From an uncultured bacterium (GTDB taxonomy: Bacteria > Patescibacteriota > Minisyncoccia > UBA6257 > GWB1-50-10): 64,000 nt of DNA. Position 1 is the first letter of the stretch. Each line of letters starts with the position of its first letter. The stretch lies in the NCBI GenBank assembly GCA_963713955.1, contig OY970216.1, positions 442,252-506,251 of the forward strand. Reading direction: 5' to 3'. This document shows positions 52,405 to 63,092 of the stretch, piece after piece. A model generated the notes under the pieces. That model was not told the DNA's origin. It did not search any database and saw only the letters and a program-made list of their open reading frames with translations. Position numbers and translations under genes: made by a program.

Positions 52405-53037
52405 ATGGCAATAACGATATTTGGGATAATCGTATTGATACTTTCCGCCGTTTTTCACGAAGTATCGCATGGTTTCATCGCCGACAAACTCGGCGACCCG
52501 ACAGCACGCCTCTCCGGCCGCTTGACCATGAATCCCCTAAAGCATTTAGATCCTTTCGGATCGGTGATCTTACCGATCCTTCTCTCGCTCATACCCGGCG
52601 GAATCATATTCGGCTGGGCGAAACCGGTTCCGTACAATCCTTACAACCTGAAGGATCCCGAAAAAGGGGCAGCTGAGATAGCTGCAGCGGGACCCTTGAG
52701 CAATCTCCTTCTCGCACTCGTCTTCGGAATCGTCTTCCGATTGACCACGGGATTTGAGAACGGCATCCTATTCAACCTGAACCAGTTGTCGGGAATCATA
52801 GTCATGATAAACGTGATCCTGGGAGTTTTTAATCTCGTGCCGATACCGCCCTTGGACGGCGCGAAGGTTTTGACGGTATTCATCCCCGAGAGTGCCCGCG
52901 GCATCAAAAAATTCTTGTATGAAAGGAATCCCTACGGATGGATCATACTCATCGCCTTCATATTTTTCGGCATATCGATCATCTACCCGATCATTTCCTT
53001 CGTATTCAGGATCTTCACCGGCGTCCCCCTTTACTAA
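52405..53037 (+). CDS. Site-2 protease (M50) family protein
   Basis: HEVSH, AGPLSN, FNLVPIPPLDG motifs. Confidence 0.95.
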   Translation: MAITIFGIIVLILSAVFHEVSHGFIADKLGDPTARLSGRLTMNPLKHLDPFGSVILPILLSLIPGGIIFGWAKPVPYNPYNLKDPEKGAAEIAAAGPLSNLLLALVFGIVFRLTTGFENGILFNLNQLSGIIVMINVILGVFNLVPIPPLDGAKVLTVFIPESARGIKKFLYERNPYGWIILIAFIFFGISIIYPIISFVFRIFTGVPLY

Positions 53038-53129
53038 CCATCAATTAAAGAAACTTGTGATGAGCGAGGATCGGTAAGCCTCGCTCTGGTTGACAATTCC
53101 ACTGTTTCCCCTTACCATATCTACTCGTA

Positions 53130-53540
53130 ATGCCCACGGTAAATCAACTCATCAAAAAAGGCAGATCGACCGTCAAGAAGAAAGCGAAGACTCCGGCATT
53201 GGAGTTTTATTTCAATTACTTGAAAAACAGGCCCGTCGATTCTCCGTCGCCCTTCAAGCGGGGTGTATGTCTCAAAGTTTTCACGACAACGCCGAAAAAA
53301 CCGAACTCGGCCTTGAGGAAAGTCGCGAGAGTGCGACTTACGAACGGCATGGAAGTCACGGCGTATATCCCGGGAGAAGGGCACAATCTTCAGGAACACT
53401 CGGTAGTCGTCGTGAGAGGCGGCAGGGTGAAGGACCTGCCGGGCGTGCGGTATCACGTCGTGAGAGGCGTACTCGACACGCAGGGAGTGGAAGCCAGGAA
53501 GCAACAGCGATCCAAATACGGAGCCAAGAAACCAAAATGA
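53130..53540 (+). CDS. rpsL: 30S ribosomal protein uS12
   Basis: [11 protein letters not shown] and [12 protein letters not shown] motifs. Confidence 0.98.
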   Translation: MPTVNQLIKKGRSTVKKKAKTPALEFYFNYLKNRPVDSPSPFKRGVCLKVFTTTPKKPNSALRKVARVRLTNGMEVTAYIPGEGHNLQEHSVVVVRGGRVKDLPGVRYHVVRGVLDTQGVEARKQQRSKYGAKKPK

Positions 53541-54007
53541 GGAGAAAAGGATTCAAAAAAAGAGAACACGCCGCCGACAGCGCTTATGCGAGAGTTGACA
53601 TGGGCAGATTCATTAACTATTTGATGGAGGGCGGCAAAAAAACGGTAGCCGAGAAGGTTTTTTATGGCGCACTTCGCGAAATAGAAAAAACGACCAAGGA
53701 AGATCCCGTGAAGATTTTTGAGAAAGCCGTTGAGAATGCAACTCCTCTCCTCGAGGTAACCTCAAAAAGGATAGGTGGCGCCAACTACCAGATTCCGCGA
53801 GAGGTGAGGAATGAAAGAAAATTTTTCCTTGCGACGCACTGGATCATAGACGCGGCAAGGAAGAAAAAAGGCAAACCGATGGCTGAGAAGCTGGCGGAAG
53901 AAATCGTGGCCGCCTCCAAGAATGAGGGGGCAGCTATAAAAAAGAAACAAGACACGCACCGGATGGCAGAGGCGAACCGCGCGTTCGCAAGCTACTTGAG
54001 GGGTTAA
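53537..54007 (+). CDS. rpsG: 30S ribosomal protein uS7
   Basis: [27 protein letters not shown] motifs. Confidence 0.97.
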   Translation: MRRKGFKKREHAADSAYARVDMGRFINYLMEGGKKTVAEKVFYGALREIEKTTKEDPVKIFEKAVENATPLLEVTSKRIGGANYQIPREVRNERKFFLATHWIIDAARKKKGKPMAEKLAEEIVAASKNEGAAIKKKQDTHRMAEANRAFASYLRG

Positions 54008-54140
54008 TCCCTCACCCTTCGAGGATAAGCAATTATCCGGAAGCGGAAGGAGAATTAATCATGAAAATGAAAAGTTTATCAAACAACAGTCGCTCAGATT
54101 ATAAGGATCACTTTTTGATGATCCTCGAAGGGTGAGGGAT
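54007..54140. mobile_element. MITE-like element with a perfect 20-bp terminal IR between rpsG and fusA
   Basis: ATCCCTCACCCTTCGAGGAT (54007-26) / ATCCTCGAAGGGTGAGGGAT (54121-40); overlaps the rpsG stop and the fusA start. Confidence 0.75.
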
Positions 54141-56244
54141 GCCGAGACAATACCCACTGGAAAAAGTAAGGGATATCGGCATTATTGCCCACATCGATGC
54201 GGGCAAGACCACGACGTCGGAGCGCGTCCTTTTTTACACCGGCGTTTCGCACAAAATAGGCGAGGTGCACGAAGGTGACACGATAATGGATTGGATGGAA
54301 CAAGAACGGGAGCGGGGCATAACGATAACTTCCGCGGCGACGACCTGCTTTTGGATCCCCACGTACGCCAAGGGAAATAAAGCGGACGAACACCGGATAA
54401 ATCTCATAGACACCCCTGGCCACATAGACTTCACCGTTGAAGTCAAAAGATCTCTCAGGGTTCTTGACGGAGCCGTTGTCGTCTTCGACGGCGTCGCCGG
54501 CGTAGAACCTCAGTCGGAAACAAACTGGCATTACGCCGACGAATATAAAGTTCCGAGAATCTGCTTCATAAACAAACTGGATCGCATGGGAGCCAGCTTC
54601 GATTTCAGCTTCAACTCCATAATGGAGCGCCTGACGCCGAACGCCATAGCCATACAACTACCCCTAGGCCTTGAATCGGCTTTTGAAGGAGTGATCGATT
54701 TGTTGAACATGAAAGCCATAAGATTCGAAGGCGAGCACGGAGAAAAAGTAATCGAAGGCGAGATTCCGGAAAACATGCGGGAAGAAGCCAAGAAAAAAAG
54801 GCATGAATTGATAGAAAAAATAGTAGAGAAAGACGACGGACTCATGGCACTTTATTTGGAGGGGAAAGAACCGGACATTGCTTCGCTTAAAAGGACACTC
54901 CGAACCGAAACGATAGCCAACCGCCTCGTGCCGGTTTTTTGCGGGTCGGCCTTGCAGAATAAGGGCGTTCAGTTGATCTTGGACGCAGTGGTCGATTACC
55001 TCCCGTCCCCGATCGACATGCCACCCATAAAAGGAATAAATCCCTCGACTGGCATGGAAGAAGAACGGCATCCTCTTGACGACGAACCGCTCGCCGGCCT
55101 CGCTTTCAAAATTGCTGCCGATCCTTTCGTCGGATCTCTCACGTACTTCAGGGTTTATGCCGGAACGATAAAACGAGGAAGCTATGTCCTGAACGCGACG
55201 AAAAACTCACAGGAAAGGATCGGGAGGTTGGTCAGAATGCACGCTAATCACCGGGAAGAGGTAGAGGAGTTGTACGCGGGCGATTTGGGCGCCATCGTCG
55301 GCCTCAAGAACACGACGACGGGCGATAGCTTGACCGATCCGGAACATCCGATCATACTCGAAAAAATAATTTTCCCAGAGCCGGTCATTTCAGTACGAAT
55401 CGAACCAAAGACGAAAGCTGATCAAGAAAAAATGGGCATCGCCTTACACCGCCTCTCGGAAGAAGACCCTACCTTCAAGGTTTCCGGCGACGAAGAAACC
55501 GGCGAAACCATTATTGCCGGCATGGGAGAACTCCACCTGGAAATCATAGTCGACCGGATGAAAAGGGAATTCGGCGTCGAGGCAAGCGTCGGCCGTCCAC
55601 AGGTTGCCTACAAAGAAACAATAAAAGGAGAGGCGGAGGCGGAGGGGAAATACATACGGCAATCGGGCGGACGTGGCCAATACGGACATGTCTGGCTCAA
55701 AGCCGAGGCACTGGAGAGGGGAGAGGGCTTTGAATTTGTCGATTCGATAAAGGGCGGCGTGATCCCGCAAGAATTTATTCCTGCCGTCGAAAAGGGGGTA
55801 CGGGAAGCTCTCGAGAGAGGAATCCTCGCGGGGTATCCCGTGATCGATCTCAAAGTGACTCTCTTCGACGGTTCGTACCACGAAGTCGATTCGTCGGAAT
55901 TCGCTTTCAAGATAGCCGGCTCAATGGCTCTCCAAGAAGCCGCAAAAAGAGCGAAGCTCGTTCTCCTCGAACCGATCATGAAGGTTCAAGTCATCGTTCC
56001 ACCCGATTTCTTGGGCGACGTGACGGGCGATTTGAGTTCAAAGAGGGGAAAAATCAAAGCGATGGGCGAGCGCGGCACGGTGCGGGTGATAGACGCAAAC
56101 GTCCCCCTAGCCGAAATGTTCGGCTACTCGACGAGTTTGAGATCGATGACTCAGGGAAGGGGATCTTTCAACATGGAATTCTCGCACTATGAAGAAATAC
56201 CCCAAAGCGTAGCGCAAACCATAATAGAAGGAAGAAAAAAATGA
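54139..56244 (+). CDS. fusA: Elongation factor G
   Basis: [22 protein letters not shown] motifs. Confidence 0.99.
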   Translation: MPRQYPLEKVRDIGIIAHIDAGKTTTSERVLFYTGVSHKIGEVHEGDTIMDWMEQERERGITITSAATTCFWIPTYAKGNKADEHRINLIDTPGHIDFTVEVKRSLRVLDGAVVVFDGVAGVEPQSETNWHYADEYKVPRICFINKLDRMGASFDFSFNSIMERLTPNAIAIQLPLGLESAFEGVIDLLNMKAIRFEGEHGEKVIEGEIPENMREEAKKKRHELIEKIVEKDDGLMALYLEGKEPDIASLKRTLRTETIANRLVPVFCGSALQNKGVQLILDAVVDYLPSPIDMPPIKGINPSTGMEEERHPLDDEPLAGLAFKIAADPFVGSLTYFRVYAGTIKRGSYVLNATKNSQERIGRLVRMHANHREEVEELYAGDLGAIVGLKNTTTGDSLTDPEHPIILEKIIFPEPVISVRIEPKTKADQEKMGIALHRLSEEDPTFKVSGDEETGETIIAGMGELHLEIIVDRMKREFGVEASVGRPQVAYKETIKGEAEAEGKYIRQSGGRGQYGHVWLKAEALERGEGFEFVDSIKGGVIPQEFIPAVEKGVREALERGILAGYPVIDLKVTLFDGSYHEVDSSEFAFKIAGSMALQEAAKRAKLVLLEPIMKVQVIVPPDFLGDVTGDLSSKRGKIKAMGERGTVRVIDANVPLAEMFGYSTSLRSMTQGRGSFNMEFSHYEEIPQSVAQTIIEGRKK

Positions 56245-56322
56245 GGAGTTGACTGTTTTAAGGAAACTGTTCTACAATATAAAAAATGGTCTTTAGGTCG
56301 AAATAAAAAGAACAAAAAAACA

Positions 56323-57522
56323 ATGGCAGAAAAAGAAAAATTCGTCAGGAGCAAACCCCATGTGAACGTTGGAACCATCGGGCATGTTGACCACGGCAAA
56401 ACAACTTTGACCGCAGCAATCACGCACGTTCTCCACATGAAGGGGTTGGCCAAGAAAGAAGAGGGAGTTGATCAAATCGACAACGCCCCCGAAGAAAAAG
56501 CTCGCGGTATCACGATTGCGCTCCACCACTCCGAATATGAGTCGGAGAAGCGCCACTACGCCCACATCGACGCGCCGGGACATGCGGATTACATAAAGAA
56601 CATGATCACCGGTGCCGCCCAGATGGATGGTGCAATTTTGGTCGTATCGGCGGCGGACGGTCCGATGCCGCAAACAAGGGAGCACATTTTGCTCGCTTAC
56701 CAGGTCGGAGTTCCGAAAATAATCGTTTTTCTGAACAAGGTTGATATGGTTGATGATCCGGAACTCATCGATCTCGTCGAATCAGAGGTCCGCGAACTTC
56801 TGAAGAAATATCATTTTGACGGCGATGCGACACCGGTAATTCGCGGGTCAGCCTTGAAAGCGCTCGAAACGAAGTCCGCCGACGACGAAGCGGCCAAGCC
56901 GATATTGGAATTGGTCAAAGCCCTCGATGATTACATTCCCGAGCCGGTGAGGGATACGGATAAACCGTTCCTTATGCCCATCGAAGACATCTTTTCGATA
57001 GAAGGCCGCGGAACGGTCGTCACGGGCAGAGTTGAACGGGGGATGGTCAAGGTAAACGACGAAGTTGAAGTCATAGGACTCAAGCCGACCCAAAAAACAG
57101 TTATAACCGGCATAGAAATGTTCCAAAAAACTCTCGACGAGGGGCAGGCAGGGGATAACGTGGGAGTGCTCCTTCGGGGTTTAAAGAAAGAAGACGTGGA
57201 GCGGGGCCAGGTCATCGCGAAACCCGGCAGCGTCACGCCGCACACCGAATTCACGGCGGAAGTTTACGTCTTAAGCAAAGAGGAAGGCGGAAGACACACG
57301 CCGTTCTTCAAAGGATATAAACCGCAGTTCTACATAAGAACCACCGATGTCACCGGCGAAGTGACGTTGCCGGAAGGAATGGAAATGGTGATGCCGGGGG
57401 ATACCGTGAACATCACGATCAAGCTCATTGCGCCGGTTGCCCTCGAAGAGAAACAGCGGTTCGCCATCAGGGAGGGCGGCAAGACGGTTGGTGCCGGCGT
57501 GGTAACCAAGATCATTAAATAA
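56323..57522 (+). CDS. tuf: Elongation factor Tu
   Basis: [25 protein letters not shown] motifs. Confidence 0.99.
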   Translation: MAEKEKFVRSKPHVNVGTIGHVDHGKTTLTAAITHVLHMKGLAKKEEGVDQIDNAPEEKARGITIALHHSEYESEKRHYAHIDAPGHADYIKNMITGAAQMDGAILVVSAADGPMPQTREHILLAYQVGVPKIIVFLNKVDMVDDPELIDLVESEVRELLKKYHFDGDATPVIRGSALKALETKSADDEAAKPILELVKALDDYIPEPVRDTDKPFLMPIEDIFSIEGRGTVVTGRVERGMVKVNDEVEVIGLKPTQKTVITGIEMFQKTLDEGQAGDNVGVLLRGLKKEDVERGQVIAKPGSVTPHTEFTAEVYVLSKEEGGRHTPFFKGYKPQFYIRTTDVTGEVTLPEGMEMVMPGDTVNITIKLIAPVALEEKQRFAIREGGKTVGAGVVTKIIK

Positions 57523-57548
57523 CCTGCGACGAAGGGGAGAAAAATCTC

Positions 57549-57881
57549 ATGCCCAAAAAAGAAGCAGACCTCCAAAAAGACAAACTGAGAATAAAGATAA
57601 AAGCTTACGATTCGAAACTGATCGATAATTCGGTACGTCAGATAATCGAGACGATAAAAAGACAGGGCGGTGACGTACGAGGTCCCATACCGCTTCCGAC
57701 TGAATTCAAGAAATATGCAGTGAATCGTTCCACCTTCGTTCACAAGAAATCGGGAGAGCAATTTGAACTCAGAATCCACAAGCGGCTCCTCGACATCGTG
57801 AATCCGGAGCAAAAAATCATCGAGTCACTGACGGATCTCAATCTCCCCTCGGGAGTGGATGTGGAAATAAAGATGGAGTAA
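57549..57881 (+). CDS. rpsJ: 30S ribosomal protein uS10
   Basis: RIKIKAYD, GPIPLPT, EQFE.RIHKRL motifs. Confidence 0.97.
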   Translation: MPKKEADLQKDKLRIKIKAYDSKLIDNSVRQIIETIKRQGGDVRGPIPLPTEFKKYAVNRSTFVHKKSGEQFELRIHKRLLDIVNPEQKIIESLTDLNLPSGVDVEIKME

Positions 57882-57893
57882 GCAAGAGCAACC

Positions 57894-57932
57894 ACCAAAA
57901 ACACCGCTCATTTGAGCGGTGTTTTTGGTTTT
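57894..57932 (+). terminator. Terminator after rpsJ
   Basis: ACCAAAAACACCGCTCA-TT-TGAGCGGTGTTTTTGGT perfect hairpin with T runs. Confidence 0.8.
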
Positions 57933-57951
57933 CTTCAATGTGAATCTGAGA

Positions 57952-58164
57952 AAGCAGCTGGAATCCCTTTTCACTAAAACCCTCAGTTGTTAAAATCCTC
58001 CTCGCTCTTCATCGGAATAAAGTCGCACAATAGCGAACTCAACCTTGGTTTCATTAATGAAACCAGCGGGATTCAAACATTCGCTATTGTGCTCATTCCT
58101 TCCTCATCGCTCGGGGATTTATAAACAACCTCGGGCAAACCGTTCAAAGGGATTCCAGCTGCTT
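57952..58164. repeat. ~213-nt long imperfect palindromic element (family F, copy 2)
   Basis: Terminal IR AAGCAGCTGGAATCCCTTT; inner IR GCACAATAGCGAA; loop motifs AACTCAACCT..CGGGATTCA and CAAACC(A)GTTCAA shared with 575-781. Confidence 0.75.
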
Positions 58165-58196
58165 CTTTTCTCTTGTCTTGTAGTATAATTAACCTA

Positions 58197-59432
58197 ATGA
58201 ATCTCAGAGGTAGAGAATCCTTCACCCTGATCGAGCTCCTGGTCGTGATTGCGATCCTTGCCGTCCTTGCGGTGGCCGTCGTCTTGGTCTTGAACCCTGC
58301 CCAGCTCCTGGCTCAAGGAAGAGATTCGACTCGTTTGTCTGATCTTTCCGCTCTGAATAGCGCCCTCTCCCTCTTCCAGGCAGATCAATATACCCAGTCC
58401 TTAGGGACTCCGAATACCCTCTACATATCAGTCCCTGACAATGCCTCCTCCTCCTGTGGTTCCTTAGGCCTCCCAACTCCTCCCCCAGGATGGGCCTATC
58501 ACTGTGTTCCCCAAGCTTCTTCCACGAAGGTAGATGGTTCCGGCTGGATTCCCGTGAATCTGACCCAAATCTCATCAGGAAGTCCCTTATCCAAGCTTCC
58601 GATAGACCCTGCCAATTCTTCCTCCTCAGGACTCTACTATACCTATACGCTCTCCAGCAACGGGAAGTATGAATTGACCTCAGAATTGGAGTCCCAGAAA
58701 TACGTTCCTACCATGGCCCAGGATGGAGGTTCCTATGACGGTCTCTACCAGATTGGTTCCCAGGTGGATATCACTCCTCCCTTCCGGAGCTCTGGACTCA
58801 TGGGGTATTGGCCGTTCGACGAGGGGAGTGGGACCACGGCATACAATTCCTCGGGGAATAATAACAATGGGAGCTGGAGCGGGGCGACGCCGTATTATAC
58901 AGCCAGCGCGAAGGTGGGAGCGTACGCTGGGAATTTCAATGGGAGCAATGATATCGTTACCTTACCGACAGGCAGCACTCAATTAGAGACACCCAGCATA
59001 ACTGTTTCTGCTTGGATTAATTTTACGGCCGCTACGAGTAGTAACTATGATATCTTTCAGAAGAAGCGTCCCTATGGCAATTACCGCGGCTACGAACTTT
59101 ATATAAACCTCAGCAATCAAGCACAATTTGATATCGGAAATGGCTCAGCGTATATTACGGGTCCGTCATCCTCAGTTTCTAAGAATACATGGACTTTTAT
59201 TGTAGGAAGCTATGATGGCAATAACATCAACATATATGTCAATGGAACCCTAAAATCTACTGTAGCGAATAATACCGGTATTAGTTATTCTGGGGGTAGT
59301 AGTCCGGGGACATATATAGGCACTGACAGTGGTAATGCTAATTACTTTACCGGCTTCATGGACGACGTCCGCATCTACAACAGGGCATTATCCGCCGCGG
59401 AGGTCCAGGCGATCTATAATGCACAGAAATAG
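58197..59432 (+). CDS. Type IV pilin-like protein with a C-terminal LamG domain, inserted between rpsJ and rplC
   Basis: RES|FTLIELL; GLMGYWPFDEG; WTFIVGSYDG; MDDVRIYNRALS; TATAAT 7 nt upstream of the ATG. Confidence 0.9.
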   Translation: MNLRGRESFTLIELLVVIAILAVLAVAVVLVLNPAQLLAQGRDSTRLSDLSALNSALSLFQADQYTQSLGTPNTLYISVPDNASSSCGSLGLPTPPPGWAYHCVPQASSTKVDGSGWIPVNLTQISSGSPLSKLPIDPANSSSSGLYYTYTLSSNGKYELTSELESQKYVPTMAQDGGSYDGLYQIGSQVDITPPFRSSGLMGYWPFDEGSGTTAYNSSGNNNNGSWSGATPYYTASAKVGAYAGNFNGSNDIVTLPTGSTQLETPSITVSAWINFTAATSSNYDIFQKKRPYGNYRGYELYINLSNQAQFDIGNGSAYITGPSSSVSKNTWTFIVGSYDGNNINIYVNGTLKSTVANNTGISYSGGSSPGTYIGTDSGNANYFTGFMDDVRIYNRALSAAEVQAIYNAQK

Positions 59433-59438
59433 AAGGTA

Positions 59439-59537
59439 AAGCACCAAATCCCAAGCACCAAATCCCAAATAATACCCCAATGTTCGAATTTCAAATTTAA
59501 GTATTTATTTGTTATTTGGAATTTGGATCTTGGAATT
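59439..59537. repeat. Heptamer tandem repeats with an inverted counterpart
   Basis: (AAGCACC-AAATCCC)x2 followed by ATTTGGA-ATTTGGA-TCTTGGA. Confidence 0.65.
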
Positions 59538-59746
59538 TCACTGCTTCGGTTAACCGAAGCGGTCTCATTAATGAAACCACCTCTACAAACATTAGGCTCG
59601 AGCTTAATCTTTGTAAAACGAGAGCTTACAATATTCCTACTTCCAAAGAGAAGCAGCCCAAGGTTTCCTTGAACGTTTTTCCGGAAGGCGTTTGAGTCCC
59701 AGTCGTTTATTTCTTTTAGGAGGTGGGATGATTCCAAAGAGCGAGG

Positions 59747-59813
59747 CAGGTACTCCTTCCGAAGGCTAAGACTTGGGCGTCGCCCCGGAGACTGCCTGAG
59801 GAAGGAGTACCTG
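59747..59813 (-). repeat. Palindromic repeat family B, copy 3
   Basis: Reverse complement of 50671-50737 with one difference. Confidence 0.9.
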
Positions 59814-59949
59814 ACGAGTAAGAAGAAATCATCTCGCCGACGCCCCTTTGTTGACAAAAAAAGCCCTTTTAGCTAATATAAAGGCCAAAGAGACAGGTAG
59901 CCAGAAAATAAACCGGGCTAGGGTCTCGGTTCTTTTTTTGGATAAAAAT

Positions 59950-60375
59950 ATGGTGAAAATCACCGGCATAAAACTCAAAATGTCGCAGGTATGGAAGGGA
60001 GACGAAGTGATCGCTGTCACGCCGGTTAAAGTTTCCGAGGAAAGCGCCCTCGGAGAGGTGAAAGAAGGAGAAAAAGTCAAAGTAAGCGGTGCAAGCAAGG
60101 GAAGAGGATTTCAAGGGGTGGTGAAAAGACACGGATTTCACGGCGGGCCCAAGAGCCATGGACAAAAAGACCGCTTGCGGGCGCCGGGCTCGATAGGTCC
60201 CACCGCGCCCCAGAGAACCATCAAGGGAAGAAGAATGGCGGGCCACATGGGAACAAGGAAAGTAACGGTCAAGAATTTGGAAATCATCGGAATCAAAAGC
60301 GACGAAAAGACGCTTCTTGTGAAGGGCGCCGTGCCGGGTCCGGTAGGCGGGAAAATTGAGATAACCAAACAATAA
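59950..60375 (+). CDS. rplC: 50S ribosomal protein uL3 (141 aa, internally shortened)
   Basis: SKGRGFQGVVKRH.F.GG..SHG, R.PGSIG, KG.RMAGHMG, VKGAVPG motifs; TTGACA promoter at 59851. Confidence 0.93.
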   Translation: MVKITGIKLKMSQVWKGDEVIAVTPVKVSEESALGEVKEGEKVKVSGASKGRGFQGVVKRHGFHGGPKSHGQKDRLRAPGSIGPTAPQRTIKGRRMAGHMGTRKVTVKNLEIIGIKSDEKTLLVKGAVPGPVGGKIEITKQ

Positions 60376-60381
60376 ACAGCG

Positions 60382-61017
60382 ATGAAAACCGAACTTTTCG
60401 ACAAAACAAACAAAAAAGTCGGAACCATTGATTTGCCCGACAAACTATTCGGAGTCAAATGGAATGCCGATCTTGTGCACCAGGCTTTTTCTGCTTTCAC
60501 CGCCAACCAAAGAAAACCGTGGGCTCATACAAAAGATCGGTCGGAAGTCTCGGGTGGCGGCAAGAAACCGTGGAGGCAAAAGCACACAGGACGATCCCGG
60601 CACGGGAGCACGCGCTCACCGCTTTGGAAGGGAGGTGGTGTCACCTTCGGTCCCATGAAAACCAAGGACTATTCCAAGAAAATCAACACGAAAATGAAAC
60701 GGCTTGCTTTGTTTTCAGTTCTCTCCAAAAAACTCAGCGATGGAAACCTGAAAATCATCGAAAAACTGGAATTGGAAAAACCGAAAACGAAGGAAGCGGC
60801 GGGAATACTCAAAAACTTTTTCGCCAAGCCGGAAAGCACCCTCCTGGTGGTGATTCCAGAGAATAAAAACTCGCGTCTCGCGTTCCGAAACATACCAAAG
60901 ATCGAGGTCGCAACGCCGGGTTCGCTCAATATTTATGAATGCCTTGCGAGTCGAAACATCTTTTTCGAAAAGAGTGCCGTCGACGCGTTCGTGAAAAAAT
61001 ACGAGTCTGAAAAATAA
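60382..61017 (+). CDS. rplD: 50S ribosomal protein uL4
   Basis: EVSGGGKKPWRQK.TGR.R.GS.RSP.W.GGG. Confidence 0.97.
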   Translation: MKTELFDKTNKKVGTIDLPDKLFGVKWNADLVHQAFSAFTANQRKPWAHTKDRSEVSGGGKKPWRQKHTGRSRHGSTRSPLWKGGGVTFGPMKTKDYSKKINTKMKRLALFSVLSKKLSDGNLKIIEKLELEKPKTKEAAGILKNFFAKPESTLLVVIPENKNSRLAFRNIPKIEVATPGSLNIYECLASRNIFFEKSAVDAFVKKYESEK

Positions 61018-61022
61018 TTTCC

Positions 61023-61397
61023 ATGGCTTTTCTGAAAATCAAAAAACAAAAAATGCCCGCGATGGCCGAAACGAAAAAGGAAGAAAGTCAAAAGACGGAG
61101 ACGAAAATACCATCAGTCAAGCACTTCACGAGAAACATACTCGTGAAACCGTGGATAACGGAAAAATCGACCGATCTCGGCTCCCAGAACAAATACATGT
61201 TCCTCGTTAAGGGGAATGCCACGAAACCGCTCATCAGGGAGAACATCTCAAGGAGATACAACGTGAACGTCCTTGGCGTTGACGTCGTGAACATTAAGGG
61301 CAAGATGAAACACTTCAGAAATCAGGCCGCGAGGAAGTCGGGGCTCAAAAAAGCCATTATAACCTTGAAAAAAGGCGATAAGATTGAAATTCAATGA
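61023..61397 (+). CDS. rplW: 50S ribosomal protein uL23 with an N-terminal extension
   Basis: P.ITEKS, Y.F.V...ATK, KKAIITL motifs. Confidence 0.92.
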   Translation: MAFLKIKKQKMPAMAETKKEESQKTETKIPSVKHFTRNILVKPWITEKSTDLGSQNKYMFLVKGNATKPLIRENISRRYNVNVLGVDVVNIKGKMKHFRNQAARKSGLKKAIITLKKGDKIEIQ

Positions 61398-62218
61398 TCA
61401 AGAAATTAAAACCCAGAACGCCATCGATGCGATCCATGACGGTAGTGGATTACAACGCCATTTCCGGCGCGAAACCATACAAAAATCTTACGAAGAGACT
61501 CAGGAAAAACGCAGGACGGAACAATCAAGGAAGGATCTCGGTCAGACATCAAGGAGGAGGTAACAAGATAATCTACCGGATCGTGGACTTCAAGCAATCC
61601 AAAATGGGCGTCCCCGGCAAGGTTGAAACCATAGAATACGATCCGTACCGAACCGCTTTCATAGCCCGTATCCTCTATGCCGACGGCGAAAGAAGCTATA
61701 TCTTGGCGCCCCACGGATTAAAAATAGGAGACAGAATCACGGCGGGACCCGACGTTGCGATAGAACCGGGAAATCGAACAGCGCTCCAACGAATACCGGT
61801 TGGCTCCTTCGTCCACAACGTTGAGATTCAGCCGGGGAGCGGGGGACGGTTCGGGAGATCCGCAGGAACATCCGTGCAAATCGTGGCGCATGAGGACGGA
61901 TACACACACCTCAAAATGCCGTCGGGAGAAATAAGAAAAATTCAATGGAATGCGTACGCTTCAATTGGACAAATGTCCAATCCAGAATATAATTTGGTAT
62001 CCAGCGGTAAAGCCGGACGCTCCCGATGGCTCAACATCCGACCAACCGTGAGAGGCTCCGCTATGAATCCAAGAGACCATCCGTACGGCGGAGGCGAAGG
62101 GAAGCAGCCGCGCGGCACGAAGAGACCGAAAACAAAGTGGGGCAAGATAACCGGGGGCCACAAAACGAGGAGGAAAAAGAGGTATTCGAACCATTTAATC
62201 GTCAAGAGAAGGAAATAA
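61394..62218 (+). CDS. rplB: 50S ribosomal protein uL2
   Basis: GRNNQG, EYDPYRT, RPTVRG.AMNP.DHP.GGGEG motifs. Confidence 0.98.
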   Translation: MIKKLKPRTPSMRSMTVVDYNAISGAKPYKNLTKRLRKNAGRNNQGRISVRHQGGGNKIIYRIVDFKQSKMGVPGKVETIEYDPYRTAFIARILYADGERSYILAPHGLKIGDRITAGPDVAIEPGNRTALQRIPVGSFVHNVEIQPGSGGRFGRSAGTSVQIVAHEDGYTHLKMPSGEIRKIQWNAYASIGQMSNPEYNLVSSGKAGRSRWLNIRPTVRGSAMNPRDHPYGGGEGKQPRGTKRPKTKWGKITGGHKTRRKKRYSNHLIVKRRK

Positions 62219-62223
62219 CCACT

Positions 62224-62547
62224 ATGTCACGCTCAAGCAAAAAGGGTCCGTTCGTCGATCCTAAACTTCTGAAAAAAATATCCAAACTGAAGCCGGGAAA
62301 CGCCGGGGCCATCAAAACATGGTCAAGGGATTCGGAAATCTCTCCGGAGATGGTTGGTTTCACGTTTCTGGTTCACAACGGCAAAGATTTCATAGAAGTT
62401 CATACCAGCGAAGAAATGGTCGGTCACCGACTGGGCGAGTTCTCCCTGACGAGAAAGTTCATAAAGCACGGAGGCAAAATGCAGCGAGACCTTGAAAAAA
62501 CATCAGGAACGCCCGCTTCTCCGGCGGGAGGAGTCGCCCAAAAGTAA
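62224..62547 (+). CDS. rpsS: 30S ribosomal protein uS19
   Basis: [28 protein letters not shown] motifs. Confidence 0.97.
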   Translation: MSRSSKKGPFVDPKLLKKISKLKPGNAGAIKTWSRDSEISPEMVGFTFLVHNGKDFIEVHTSEEMVGHRLGEFSLTRKFIKHGGKMQRDLEKTSGTPASPAGGVAQK

Positions 62548-62556
62548 TCTAAACAC

Positions 62557-63090
62557 ATGGCGACAGACGGATCCGAAATAAAAGTCAAGTTTAATTATCT
62601 GAGAATTCCTCCTCGGAAGGTTCGTTTCGTAGCCGATTTGATAAGGGGTCTGCCAGTCGAGGAGGCCGAGGCGAAGCTCCTCATAAACCCACGGAGACCG
62701 AAGGAAAACCTCGTGAAACTTTTGCGGTCAGCCGTCGCTGCTGCCAAGAATAACCACAACGTTGAAGCCGCAAAACTTTTCGTAAAAGAAATAAGGGTTG
62801 ACGGAGGCCCTATGTTCAAACGATGGACGACGCGGGCGAGGGGAGGCGTGGATCCGATACAAAAGAAGACCAGTCACGTAACTTTGGTTTTAGGGGTCTC
62901 GGAAAAAATATCAGAGAGCAGGTTCAACATCGTAAAACCGAAAAAGGAGAAGAAGAACAAGAAAGAAAACGAAGAAAAAGAGCCCACGATCAAAACGGAA
63001 CCCGTAAAGGAAATGAAAGAAACCGACAAAAAGAAACCTTCAAGCGAGGCCGGCACTTTCAAGAAAATGTTCAGAAGAAAAGCAATATAA
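62557..63090 (+). CDS. rplV: 50S ribosomal protein uL22 with a Lys/Glu-rich C-terminal extension
   Basis: PRKVR.VADLIRG, VD.GP..KR, KKTSH motifs. Confidence 0.95.
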   Translation: MATDGSEIKVKFNYLRIPPRKVRFVADLIRGLPVEEAEAKLLINPRRPKENLVKLLRSAVAAAKNNHNVEAAKLFVKEIRVDGGPMFKRWTTRARGGVDPIQKKTSHVTLVLGVSEKISESRFNIVKPKKEKKNKKENEEKEPTIKTEPVKEMKETDKKKPSSEAGTFKKMFRRKAI

Positions 63091-63092
63091 AA

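Noticed and set aside
59848-59949. N-terminal extension of uL3 from the ORF track (likewise extended starts for lemA, atpA, rpsG, rpsS, rpsC)
   Set aside because: The upstream part overlaps promoter elements or neighbouring genes; homology starts at the downstream ATG
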